A DNA stretch of 64,000 nt, from contig JBFMAD010000007.1 in the NCBI GenBank assembly GCA_040755855.1, forward strand, positions 1-64,000, given 5' to 3'. Every line of letters starts with the position of its first letter. Within the stretch, counting starts at the first letter, position 1. This document shows, piece by piece, positions 19,792 to 30,700 of this stretch. Both the position numbers and the translations under genes were made by a program. The notes below the pieces were generated by a model. The model ran no database searches. It was not told the origin of the DNA and saw only the letters and a list, made by a program, of their open reading frames with translations. The stretch comes from Planctomycetota bacterium (lineage in GTDB: Bacteria > Planctomycetota > Brocadiia > JAADGH01).

Positions 19792-20630
19792 ATATCGCCA
19801 TCTCGACGGCGTCGTTCGGTCGGGCGTTTCGCGACAAGAAGCTGGACATCCTTGATTTCCCCGAAGTGTGCGATCGGTCCGGCTTCGAGGCCATCGAGCT
19901 GAACGACTTTTGCCTCAAGGGTGACAGGGACCTGATCCGAGAGATGAAGCGGCGCGCCGCCCGACACGGTCTCGGCATCTGCGCCGTGGCCATCGAGAAC
20001 AACTACTATCGCGCCTCGGCGGAGGAGATCGAAAAGGAGTGCACGCACATCGAGGAATACCTCGACATCACGTCGTACCTCGGCGCCCCGCTCCTGCGCG
20101 TGGACACGTCCCCCTATGGGAAGAACATGCCGGAGAGGATCATCCCGCAAGGCGTCACCAACGAGATGGCTTTCGACGCGGCGGTGCGCACGCTCCGTTC
20201 GGTAATGCCTGCCGCGGAGGAGCGCGGGATCACCCTCGTCCTCGAAAACCACGGCGGCATCTCCCGCACGTCGGACGATCAGATCAGGCTCGTCGAGGCG
20301 GTAGGCTCGGAGCGGTTCCGCATCAACCTCGACACCGGCAACTATCACGCCGATCCCATGGCCGGGACGGACCCATTCGAGGACTTCCTCGAAGCCGCCG
20401 AGAAGGTCGCGCCCTATCTCGCCTTCTGCCATGCGAAGATATGGGACGTGACCAATGACCTCCGCGAGCCGACGCTGGACTACGACAGGTTCTTTGCAGT
20501 CCTCCGCAGGATCGGCTACCGCGGGTTCATCTCCGCCGAATACATGGGGAAGAAAGACGTAATGGACCTCTTGTCGAAATGCGCCGCCCTCCTGAAGCGA
20601 TGCAGGGATGCCATATCCGCACATGCCTGA
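19788..20630 (+). CDS. Sugar phosphate isomerase/epimerase (xylose isomerase-like TIM barrel)
   Basis: LENHGG, NLDTGN, HAK, GYRGFISAEY; ATGA overlap with the upstream gene. Confidence 0.85.
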   Translation: MNIAISTASFGRAFRDKKLDILDFPEVCDRSGFEAIELNDFCLKGDRDLIREMKRRAARHGLGICAVAIENNYYRASAEEIEKECTHIEEYLDITSYLGAPLLRVDTSPYGKNMPERIIPQGVTNEMAFDAAVRTLRSVMPAAEERGITLVLENHGGISRTSDDQIRLVEAVGSERFRINLDTGNYHADPMAGTDPFEDFLEAAEKVAPYLAFCHAKIWDVTNDLREPTLDYDRFFAVLRRIGYRGFISAEYMGKKDVMDLLSKCAALLKRCRDAISAHA

Positions 20631-20654
20631 ACGGTCGCCTGGACCTGCCGGCGC

Positions 20655-23600
20655 TCACTCGGAAACAGCAAACTGCGTTTCCGATGCCTTCCCGCTGATT
20701 ACCTCCGTCACGACGACCCGCCATCGCCCCGGCTGTTCGTTCATGGCCGTTCGGATGGCGCGGGAGAACTCTCCGACGGCCAGGACATTGTCCGTGTAGG
20801 CGCGGCTGAGCGCGCCGGAGGGACTGAAAACCTCCACGCGGAGCACATGATCGCCGGGAGTTCCCTCGCCGACGAGAACCTTTGCCTTGACCTCGAAGCG
20901 CTCCCCCTGCTTCACCTGCGCGGGTGAGACCTCGACCTCGACTCCCTTGATCTCGTACGGCATGAGCGCAAGGACGGCCGCCGCCTTGTGCGTCAGGTCA
21001 ACCTGGGCCACGTCGGCAATGCCGAGGTACTTCTTATTGCGAACATCGTAGAGGTGCGCCTTTCGGCTTACATTGATGACTGTCGCTTCGGCCTCCTCGC
21101 GCAGCCGCAGGATGCCGAGGACCGTGATCCCGCCTCGCCGGAACTCGGCGCACTCGTAACCCATGTGCTCCGCCCCTTCGCTGCTGATGCGGACGGACGT
21201 GGTCACGCCGGCCTGGTTGATGATGTTGCGGATCAGTTCACGCGACGGCATGTTGTAGCCGAGGAAGCCATTCAGGTAGATGGCCCTTCCTTTGCCGACC
21301 TTGTGTATCACAATGGCCGGCTCGCCGTCGGCGTGGGCGGCGATGGTATCGGCATGGGGGGCGATCTCGTCGCGCCCGGCCAGCTTCAGGTCTTTCGGAA
21401 TCCGCGGCAGCGCCTCGGACTCGCCGACGGTCAAAGGCGAAGGCTCGACCTTCCGGCAGACTGAGTTGCGCACGACGCCGAAGATGTCCTCGACACCCTT
21501 TCGCGAGTCAATCGGCCTGCCGCTCTCCGCCGCCGCGCCAGTCCCGATGTCCGCAACCACGAGTCCGCCGTTTTCGACAAACTTCGTGACGGCCTCCAAC
21601 GTTTTGTCCGACAGGCAGAGGGAACAGGGGAGGAAGAGGACCTTGTAGTTACTCAACTCCCCGGCTTCGATCTGCCCTGCGCCGATCCATCGCGGCGTGC
21701 ATCCGAGCTCGCGTAGCATGCGCGTCACGTTCACCCGCGACTTGAAATACCACGCGTAGAGACTCGTCGCGTCAGGACTGAACGTCTTGTCCATGTCCGA
21801 CCAGGCCCATGACAGATGGCTGCTCGGCTGGGAGTAGAGCACGGCCACGGGCGCGTAGACCTTCTCGTAATCCACAAAAATTTTCCCGACGCCGCGTGTC
21901 AGGTCGCCCAGCCCGGACTTGAGCCACGTGGAGCTTTTCGTGTGGGCGAGCCGCGGATGGATGAAGGCCCAGAAGCTCATGGACTTCCCCCCCGGAAGCA
22001 CCCCCAGCGACATGGGTCCCCACGGCGTGCAGCCCTTGCACCCCATAAAGGCCATCCACCACGGTTTGAACTCCGCCCCCTGTTCGCTTCGGTCGTACCA
22101 CATCCATCCCGGCGCCGGGCAATCCGCGCGCAAAAACGACTTGCGGATGTCCATCTTTTGGCGGATGACGGTGCTTATGTCCACCGTGTCCTCCTCGAAG
22201 GCGTCGGCCCCTGTCGGGGGGATGATGCGGTGGATGACGGTGGGGTACTCGATCGTCATGTCCTCATGCCGAGAAACCGTTTCGTAGTTCCACCCGGCAA
22301 AGGGTATCTGGCCGAAGGTGTTGGAGAAGCCCATGCGCAGCTCGTGGTACTTGCTCTTGACCCCCTTGCGGGTGAGCATCAGCCCGTCGAGCCAGACCTC
22401 CTCCATGAACATGCGCCACTCCACCCATGGGGCGGGGTTGTCGCGCTTGCGCGCCTCGGGGTAGAGCATGGGCGAGACCTCGTCGAAGGACTTGAACTCC
22501 GCGCTCCACTCCTCATTGAGGCGGTTGATGGTATTGTATTTTTCCTTCAGCCATTGCCGGAAGCGTTTGACGCAATGTTCGCTCGTGCAGACGTCGTGGG
22601 GCACATACCGCGCCCCGGTCAGCTCGCTCTCGTCTTCGAGCGAGGCCAGGGCCATCGGTCCGGCGCGTCGGAGCCATGCGCCCGTTTCTTCGTATGAATC
22701 GCTGATGCTCTTGCGCACACCCGGATCGCTGAGGCAGGGTTGGCGGACGTTCGACTTGATCTCGCCGCGGAAGTTGAACCCGAAGGCGCGAACTTTGGCC
22801 GCGCCCCAGTACATCACCGGCGCGGCCGCCTCGAGCGTCTCGAAGGTGTAGCCTCGCGGGATCACCATGCCCTCGATGCCGATGTCCCGGGCGATGCGCA
22901 TGAACTGCGGCCGCACATAGGCATTGTCCACGCTGAACTGCGATGTGGACGCCAGGTAGTCGTCCCACGCCGGTTGGGCCTCGGGCAGATAGATGTATGC
23001 ATCCTTCTCCAACAGCAATCCCTTCGCATCGCGGACACTCACCCGCGCTCGATTGAGCACGGTCAGGGAGTTGTCCGTGGGCAGGGCGAAGCGGCGCTCG
23101 CTCGCGCCGGGAGGGATTGTGGTCTTTTGGTCCAGCGCGGCGATGAGCCGGCCGTGCATGTCCGTCAGCGCGATGTGGACCTCCACCTCCCGCGCGTCCG
23201 CCTCGTTCTCAATTTTCGCAAAAATGACGGCCTCCTCGCCTCTGCGATAGAATAGCTTTTCCGCGTCGAGCGCTGTCAGGAGGAAGGCATCCTTCTCCAG
23301 CGCAAGGTCCGCGCCGTCCGGGATGCTAAGAACCGCACGAACCGGCATCATCTCCGAGTCCGTCGTCAGCAGCGCGATGCGCTGCGCGCTCTTGCCGACG
23401 GGGACCTTGACCTTTTGCACATGATTGCCGATCACGTTTCCGTTCGCGTCCTCGACTCTGACGGCGACGTCCACTTCGCGTTCTTTCCCCTTGTTCTCGA
23501 TGCTCGCGGTAACGACGGTATCATCACTCCGCCGATCGTGCTCCTTTTCGGCCTGCGCCGCGGCAAAGGAGACAGGAGAGACCGTGTCATACGTCGCCGT

Positions 23601-26090
23601 GGCGAAGGCAAGGGACCGCCCCTCCGCATCGCGCACGATCAGGTCCACGGCATGGGGCCGTCCGCCACACAGGTTGGCGATGGGGAACTCGACGGACGCC
23701 TCTTCTCCCTTCTTGAGCGATACGCGCTGTTCCCGTTTCTCCATCGAGTCGTAGTAGTCGCTCCCGTGATATATCGCCTGCACCACCGCCTCGCTATCTG
23801 CGCCGGAAACAAGCCGAAGCATGATCTCCCCCGCGCCCTCGACGTCCGGCTTCACCATTCTTACGGGAGCAACGTCACCCGTGGCCGTGAGGAAACGAAT
23901 CGAATCGAGCGTAAGCGCCGACCCCTCGCCGATGGTCTCGAAGCAGAGCATCGCCCGCTTCATTCCGCGCAGCGCCTCGTGTTTGCGAAGGTCGTACTGC
24001 TTCACCCCGGTCTCCGCCGTTGCAGGCTGAAGGACGACAACCGTTTTTTCGAGATGTTCATCAGGCACAAACAGCGACCATTCCTTCGCGCTACTCACCG
24101 TTGCTTCGAGGATCGGGGTTTGATCCAGGTCGAGCGGAAAGGCCCCCGCGCCGAAGCCCCGGCTGTCGTTCAGGTTTGTCTCCGAGATCTTCAGCCTGCC
24201 GTCGGTCCTTTCCACCTTCGCCCCATACCCCCGCCAAGTGTCCACGGGATGGGTCTGCTCCTCCGTGGCGATTTTCCAATTCCCTGTCTCGCGCTCCAGA
24301 CTGGGACGGGCAACTCGGACGGCGCGCTCCATCCGCCACGGGTCGGTCATACGATCCTCCATCTGCGCCGCAGGCCACGCGCTGAGAAGGGACACGCCCG
24401 TCTCGCGCCTCGCCGTCCAGAGCACGGCCCGGCTCAGGAGCTGGAAGTAACATTCCCAATCGCAAAAAACGACCTCCTCGATGCCGACCATCGGCGTCAG
24501 GCATGTGGCCCCCCTCGGATACGAGATCGCCATGCACCGCCCCTTGCCGCATTCCCCTACCTTGACCTCCGGACGACATCCATCGGGAAGCAGGTGCATC
24601 GGCAGGGCCGTCTCGAGAAACGAACCGTCCCCCGCCAGATTGATTGCGGCCCCCGTCGCGAGCGTCGCGTCTGTGTTCACGCTGAGCATCCCTGCGCCCT
24701 TCGTCACGCGGTCCATCAACAGGTCCTGCGCCTCGGACGGCAGGAGGCCCATCGGGACCTTGCCCAGGATAATCACATCGTAGGTCTTCGCGTCCAGCAG
24801 CTCGATGAATTCCTCCGCGGCGGCTGTGTCCATCAAGGGATACTGGAAACCGACCAGGTCGAACTCCATGTCGAGGCGCTGGGCCAGCTCATCAATGTCG
24901 CGCTCGGTTGGGATCGGCGCGAGACAGAGCGCCTTTACCGGCCCGCCCGGCAATGGTTTCGCCCACTTAACGTGCTGGGTATCAAGGGGTTCCGACGCGA
25001 TATGAAACCGCTCCGGCCCGCCGCGCCCGGCCAGGGAGGCGCGTCCGATCCTCGCGCGCCGGGGCGCGCCGTCGGCGCCCAGGGGGACGGCAATCTGCTC
25101 CTTCACTTGGTCTCCCTCAACCTGAACCTCAAGCGTCCCCTCCTCGGCCCGGCCGGCGGGCCAGTTCAGTTCGACGCCCTTGCCTCCGGACAGATTCCCG
25201 TCCATACCCGCCAGATCTATTCCACCTATGCGCGCGCGGACATGCGCGTTGCCCAGGCTGAGGAGCGAGACCAGCCTGAGCAGGATTTTCTGCGCGGCCT
25301 CGTCCTCAACCCGGCGGAGCGAAGCGACGACCGTCGGCGATGCGCCGGCCACGTCGCTCACGCCGCGGATCGGCGCGATCGTGTAGCTCGTCTGCCACTC
25401 CTTACCGAGGCCGAGCTCAACCTCCCGGTAGATCCATTCCATGGTCCCCGGCTTCTGCCCGTTCCACACATAGAACCGAGCAAGTTTTTCCTTTTCACAA
25501 AAAGCGATAAGGCCTCGCTGCGTCTTTGAATCAACGACGGCGATCCATCCATCACGCGGGTTCTCGATGAAGTTGTCCGGGGTCTCCTTGCTTACATCCG
25601 CCAGCCGGATGACGCCCAGGCCGCCGGCGGCAGGGATGAAGAACGCATCGTTGTCATCTGCCGCCCCGCCGGCCATCGGCCGACTGAAAACCCACGGGCT
25701 GATCGTGCGCTTGATCTTCCCGGAGTTGCGGATGCGGAGCGTCACGTGCAATGCAGGTGAGCCATCGGGTAGCCGGTAAGTCTTGGTGTACTCCAATCCG
25801 CTCAATTTTGGATCTTTGACGGCGTATGACGCCTCCACTCCACCCTCGATGCGACGCAGCGTGTAGTCGTTTCGCTCCATCTCGGGAAGCCGCGTGCGCC
25901 ATTCCCGATCCACACACAATCCCTGGTTCGTGGCGACGATCTCGTCGCCCGTCGCCAAATCCTTGAGCGACGAGACGCGCCCCGCGCGAGCCGAAAGCGT
26001 CGCTCTCAGGAATTTGTTTTCGATGATCACGTCCTCTTGCGCCGCCGCCGCGCCGACACAAATGAGAAGGACAAAGATAGCATACCTCAT
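20655..26090 (-). CDS. Very large secreted multidomain protein with a GH42-like barrel and beta-galactosidase trimerisation-like domain
   Basis: Signal peptide; N-terminal mutarotase-like sandwich; PCLSDP, FRQWLKEKYNTINRLNEEW, FVENGGLVVAD, GKGRAIYLN. Confidence 0.72.
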   Translation of the reverse strand: MRYAIFVLLICVGAAAAQEDVIIENKFLRATLSARAGRVSSLKDLATGDEIVATNQGLCVDREWRTRLPEMERNDYTLRRIEGGVEASYAVKDPKLSGLEYTKTYRLPDGSPALHVTLRIRNSGKIKRTISPWVFSRPMAGGAADDNDAFFIPAAGGLGVIRLADVSKETPDNFIENPRDGWIAVVDSKTQRGLIAFCEKEKLARFYVWNGQKPGTMEWIYREVELGLGKEWQTSYTIAPIRGVSDVAGASPTVVASLRRVEDEAAQKILLRLVSLLSLGNAHVRARIGGIDLAGMDGNLSGGKGVELNWPAGRAEEGTLEVQVEGDQVKEQIAVPLGADGAPRRARIGRASLAGRGGPERFHIASEPLDTQHVKWAKPLPGGPVKALCLAPIPTERDIDELAQRLDMEFDLVGFQYPLMDTAAAEEFIELLDAKTYDVIILGKVPMGLLPSEAQDLLMDRVTKGAGMLSVNTDATLATGAAINLAGDGSFLETALPMHLLPDGCRPEVKVGECGKGRCMAISYPRGATCLTPMVGIEEVVFCDWECYFQLLSRAVLWTARRETGVSLLSAWPAAQMEDRMTDPWRMERAVRVARPSLERETGNWKIATEEQTHPVDTWRGYGAKVERTDGRLKISETNLNDSRGFGAGAFPLDLDQTPILEATVSSAKEWSLFVPDEHLEKTVVVLQPATAETGVKQYDLRKHEALRGMKRAMLCFETIGEGSALTLDSIRFLTATGDVAPVRMVKPDVEGAGEIMLRLVSGADSEAVVQAIYHGSDYYDSMEKREQRVSLKKGEEASVEFPIANLCGGRPHAVDLIVRDAEGRSLAFATATYDTVSPVSFAAAQAEKEHDRRSDDTVVTASIENKGKEREVDVAVRVEDANGNVIGNHVQKVKVPVGKSAQRIALLTTDSEMMPVRAVLSIPDGADLALEKDAFLLTALDAEKLFYRRGEEAVIFAKIENEADAREVEVHIALTDMHGRLIAALDQKTTIPPGASERRFALPTDNSLTVLNRARVSVRDAKGLLLEKDAYIYLPEAQPAWDDYLASTSQFSVDNAYVRPQFMRIARDIGIEGMVIPRGYTFETLEAAAPVMYWGAAKVRAFGFNFRGEIKSNVRQPCLSDPGVRKSISDSYEETGAWLRRAGPMALASLEDESELTGARYVPHDVCTSEHCVKRFRQWLKEKYNTINRLNEEWSAEFKSFDEVSPMLYPEARKRDNPAPWVEWRMFMEEVWLDGLMLTRKGVKSKYHELRMGFSNTFGQIPFAGWNYETVSRHEDMTIEYPTVIHRIIPPTGADAFEEDTVDISTVIRQKMDIRKSFLRADCPAPGWMWYDRSEQGAEFKPWWMAFMGCKGCTPWGPMSLGVLPGGKSMSFWAFIHPRLAHTKSSTWLKSGLGDLTRGVGKIFVDYEKVYAPVAVLYSQPSSHLSWAWSDMDKTFSPDATSLYAWYFKSRVNVTRMLRELGCTPRWIGAGQIEAGELSNYKVLFLPCSLCLSDKTLEAVTKFVENGGLVVADIGTGAAAESGRPIDSRKGVEDIFGVVRNSVCRKVEPSPLTVGESEALPRIPKDLKLAGRDEIAPHADTIAAHADGEPAIVIHKVGKGRAIYLNGFLGYNMPSRELIRNIINQAGVTTSVRISSEGAEHMGYECAEFRRGGITVLGILRLREEAEATVINVSRKAHLYDVRNKKYLGIADVAQVDLTHKAAAVLALMPYEIKGVEVEVSPAQVKQGERFEVKAKVLVGEGTPGDHVLRVEVFSPSGALSRAYTDNVLAVGEFSRAIRTAMNEQPGRWRVVVTEVISGKASETQFAVSE

Positions 26091-26095
26091 TGCAG

Positions 26096-26836
26096 TTACC
26101 TCGCTTCATTGTAGGCGTATGCGATAATGTTTCTCACCAGGTCGAAGTAGAGTCCGTCCGCACTGCGAAAGGCGCCCGGAAGCTGGTTGAACATCACCAC
26201 GCCCTTGCCATGAATGCCTTCCTGGATGAGAAGCGTCGCCTTGCCGGGGTCGTCCTTGGCATGGGCAAGAACTATCTGTTCCTTGGGCCACTTTTCCCAC
26301 CATCCGTAGTGCCCGGCCTCCTTTCCGCCGATGGGGACGGGCGCGGACAGAACGGCGTGGCGATTCGCTTCGGCGAAGCAATCCGATCCGTAGCCCTGAC
26401 AGAACTCGCTCGGCGGCATGACGCCGACGCTGGTGAGGAACTTCTCAGTGTCGGGGCTGAATCGGCCCGGCCGGCCGCCGGTGTTGTAGTCGAAGAAGAT
26501 CATCCCCCCGCCTTGCAGGAAATTGCGGAGAACCTTGCAGACCACGGGGTCGGCGAAGAGCGGGCCCTCGTCGCAATACTGGCCGATGTACAACATTCGC
26601 GACCGTGCAAGATTGTCGGTCAGCGTCGCATCGAGCGTGGCGGGCGTGTAGAAGTTTTCAACCAACGCGAACGGCTCCGACAGCCGAAAGAGCGGATACA
26701 CATTCGGAGTCGGCGGCTTGCGGCCGTTGTTGTTGAAGACAACCACATGCCTCAGGGGAAGGAGTTCTTGGGCATGGAGTTCGGCCCGGATAAACAGCAG
26801 AACGAGCGCGGTGCGAAGGGCTGCGGTCTTGACCAT
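26096..26836 (-). CDS. Hypothetical exported protein (GATase-like fold possible)
   Basis: Signal-like N-terminus; NFLQGGGMIFF and GKGVVMF; ends 5 nt before the 1811-aa gene. Confidence 0.65.
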   Translation of the reverse strand: MVKTAALRTALVLLFIRAELHAQELLPLRHVVVFNNNGRKPPTPNVYPLFRLSEPFALVENFYTPATLDATLTDNLARSRMLYIGQYCDEGPLFADPVVCKVLRNFLQGGGMIFFDYNTGGRPGRFSPDTEKFLTSVGVMPPSEFCQGYGSDCFAEANRHAVLSAPVPIGGKEAGHYGWWEKWPKEQIVLAHAKDDPGKATLLIQEGIHGKGVVMFNQLPGAFRSADGLYFDLVRNIIAYAYNEAR

Positions 26837-26915
26837 CGTGATTCCCTTTCAATCCCTGGAAAACAGTTCACCACCACATAACTGGGGGTACGTAATCACA
26901 CGCCTTCTTGCTTTG

Positions 26916-27275
26916 TCAAGGCGTTTTTTCTTCGGCAGCAACCTTGGCTTTGTACCGTTCGATGACGTTGATCGTCACCACCGGATTGCTTGGCGCATTG
27001 GACTGCACGTCGCGACGCGTCTGGACGGCAAAATAGATGTATTTGCCCCGACGTTCCTCGGCGAGAATCCTGCCCTCGTTCTTCAGGACAAGGTAGGTCT
27101 TATAGTCCGCGCGCTTTACTTTGGTCATGCGAATCGCATCGGGGTATGGCGAGTGGGGGTTCCGGTCGCCCATCCGCTGCTCCTGGTGCTCGGGATAGTG
27201 TAGAAAGGGTGCACGTTGCGGCCCGCAGCCCGCGATAGACATCGCAATGAAAAGAAGGGGATGGAGTCGCATCAC
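26916..27275 (-). CDS. Putative lipoprotein
   Basis: LLFIAMSIAG-C lipobox; candidate promoter TTGACG-17-TCTAAT at 27325-27353. Confidence 0.55.
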   Translation of the reverse strand: MMRLHPLLFIAMSIAGCGPQRAPFLHYPEHQEQRMGDRNPHSPYPDAIRMTKVKRADYKTYLVLKNEGRILAEERRGKYIYFAVQTRRDVQSNAPSNPVVTINVIERYKAKVAAEEKTP

Positions 27276-27494
27276 GTCCCATAGATCAAAAAATCAACAA
27301 TACGCAGAAAAAAATTTGATCCTCATTAGAGCAGACTTGTCCTCCGTCGTCAAGGCACTCCACTATATTGCTCGGAGTCATAACCTCAAGATTACAAGGA
27401 GGCTAACAACCATTTGTCTTCAAGTTCTCCGTCTGCAAGGCACGGCGACGTCCCAAATCCATCCGTAAGAGCAACGTTTCCCTTCACTTTTTTC

Positions 27495-27523
27495 TTGACG
27501 CCCCCGTTAAGGGACCATAGGAT
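27495..27523 (+). promoter_or_regulatory. Sigma70 promoter upstream of the giant surface-protein gene
   Basis: TTGACG-17 nt-TAGGAT preceded by a T-rich tract; implies a leader of about 200 nt. Confidence 0.6.
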
Positions 27524-27735
27524 AGATTTTTGTGTCGAGGACCCGTTGACTATTTAGCACACCCAAGGAACATACCCCGTACACAAGCTGTAGGGGGTAA
27601 GTTGTTACGATGCCCATAATATTGAGGCAACAGCAAGAGCCGGGCGGCATTCACTTTCTGTCGTATGTGAGGTTCTTCAGTTGACTGTGCGCCCATTCAT
27701 CGTGTTATAGGTCGGTTCACCGAAGGGAGGTTACT

Positions 27736-30700
27736 ATGGAGACGCATCGCCGCATACATCATGGTTTGCAGGTTGAGGAACTCGAATATCGTCTGGCGCC
27801 GGGGATTGTCTCCATCCTCATGGACCCCGGAAGCGACTCCGGCGTCTTGAATTACGACCAGCTGACGAACGAGACGATGCCGCTCTACTGGCTTATCATT
27901 GACGACGTCGGCACGGTTGATGTGGACTTCGACGGCGACGGCGAGCACGACGCCGAGGAGTCAATCTACTGGGACATGGACGTTGCCCCAGGCATCTATC
28001 CCATTATCCCCACCGTGCCCCTTGCCGACGGCTATTGGACGGTCACGGTCACATTTTACGATCTCCTGGGGATACCCGAGGACATTGACTGGAGTCCCAC
28101 CTGGATTGATACTACCGCCCCGGACGCGCCGCCGCCTTATGGCGGCAACCCCAGCCTGCCATCTCTCGACCTCTGGGACGGCACACCCGATTCCGTCCTC
28201 AATCCCCTTGGCAGCGACTCGGGACTGTTCGGCGACGACAACGTGACCTATGTGACGACCCCTACGTTTAATGTCGCCCGCATGTCCAACGACCTCTTCT
28301 ATAGAATCTACCGCAACGCCCTCGGCGACCTGGAGCCGACGCTGGTCTCCTCCGACTCCGACGGTATGGGCTTCATCGGCGATGACGGCGTCATCTACCG
28401 TCCGTATGCAATCGAGGACCCCTTCACCGGCGCGATCACCATCGTCCCCGCCATGGAGACGCTCACCACGCAGCCCGAAAGCGCCGTGGGCAATCCCTGG
28501 TACTACACCCTCCGCGCCGTGGACTGGGCCGGCAACGAGTCCCCCGACGGACCCGGCATCCACGTCTACCTCGACGCCACCGGTCCCGACCTGGGCGGCG
28601 GGCAGGCCATCATTGATCTCATGTCCGAGAGCGACAGCGGCATCTTCAACGACGACGACTACACGAACGATTACACCCCATCCTTCGAGGTGAGCAACAT
28701 CGCGGCGACCCCTGGAAGCGAGGACTTCGGCCTCTTCTTTCGCATCTTCCGCGACGGCGTCGAAATCTCCCACACCCCCATCGTCGGCGACGACTTCCAC
28801 ATCTATAAAGAGCTCGATCCCCCGCCCGAGTTCCCCTGGCCCCCCATCGGTCCCGGCGAACCCACCACCATCGGCCATGAGACATTGCTCGATCAGCAGA
28901 CGCCCTTTGCCACACCGTCTGAAAACGTCTATGTCTACACCGTCCAAGCGGTTGATCTGGCGGGCAATCTCTCCGACCCAGGTCAATCGGACCCGTTGAC
29001 GGTGACCATTGACACCCTCGCCCCGCAGGCCCCGACGCTGGTTGACCTCCACTTCGGCAGCGACAGCGGCGCATGGGACGACGACAACTACACGAACATC
29101 ACACGCCCACGCTTTGACGTCACCGTCAACGATGAAACCCAGGACTACTGGCAGCTCTGGCGGGAGCTTTGGCTTGATCCGTCCTCGTCGGTTCGCGTCT
29201 CGACGGGCGACTACGTCGGGGCGGACGGCCATATCTATAGGGGATCGGGCGACCCCTTCAGTCCGCCCTGGGCGCCCGGCAGCGGATACGAGGTCCTCAC
29301 CGATGCGCAGCCGGACAGCGTGGATGAGTTCGGCCGGCCCATCCCCTACCTCTACTCGGCCCTGGCGATAGACATTGCAGGCAACCCGTCGGACTTACTC
29401 TCGCTCGACTTGCCGGTTATCATTGACACAGCCCCGCCTCCTGTGATGACGCTGGGCGACCCCCGGCCGGCTGAACCCCTTCCCGACACACCCCTGAACT
29501 ATATCCCCGGGCAGACGGAGCCAATCCACACGAACTGGCCGACGTTCGAATGGCCTTATGCCATGATCCCGGCCGGGCCTTTCGGCGGCGGAAACTTTGA
29601 TCCTACCAAGCAGGATTGCTACCTGACCACCTACTGGATCAAGATGGACGGCGGCACGGGACCGGAGTTTGAATACGACACCCGCTACGGCAGCAACTGG
29701 AACCCGGCGGGCTATGGACCTCGTCCCTTCGGCGATCCCCTCCCGCCGATGCCGCAGGACGACCCCGGAACGAACTTCGCCGCCCCCGACATCGTCTACA
29801 CCTTGCCCACCGGCGGGCCGGAGCCCTGGCGGCTGAACCGCGGCCTCACGTACGGCTTCCACACCTGGCAGATTCGCGCCGAGGACCTGGCGGGCAATAT
29901 GAACGATTACTCCAACGCCATGACGTTCCTGATTGACACCCACACCGACGCCGACGGTGACATCATCCGCCTCGACGTTGACCGGGCCACGCTGCGCAAT
30001 GCGGGCATGGACCCGACGCTCACCGTCCTGCCGAATTTCGTCCCGCCAGGCGGCGGCGTCCGGCCCGGCACAGGTGACATTGCGAGTATTGATATTGCCC
30101 ATACCTACGACGGCTCGGTGCTGCACTTCTACATTGACCCGAACAACCCCAACGAGCCGGGCATCGGCCCGGGCGATGGGCGGTTCACCGTGGGGGACGT
30201 GCGGTCGCCCGCCAACGTGGCCCTGGGCATTCTCTCCATCGGCATCCCGAAGGATTGGACGCCGTCCAACCCGGGAACCTTCGAGGGCATCGGGACGTTC
30301 CGCACTGTCGCTATCGGCGGCAACCGGCTGGGCGCGCTGATTATCTCCGGCGACTATGACGCCAGCGCGGGCCAGTCGGTGACGGTCGGAGGCGGGCTCG
30401 GTGAACTGGGGCTTTTCCGGGCCGAAAACATCACCCTGAACGCCCCCGGCGGCCACTCGGCGATTCTGGCGGCGGACACCCGGTTCGTCCTCGCCCCCCA
30501 CGGCAACTTCTGGGATGCGCCGGGGGTCCCCTTGGCGCCCATCGCCGTGCAGGGGTTGCTGTGGATGGTGGATGACAGCGGGGCCCGGCTTGCCGTCGGC
30601 GCGAGGGGCGGCGTCGGCCAGGTCACGCTCGTCCCGATGGCCAACGGCATCGGCTCCGTGGTGGCGGAGATTTACCTGCCAACGCCGGGCATGACCGCCC

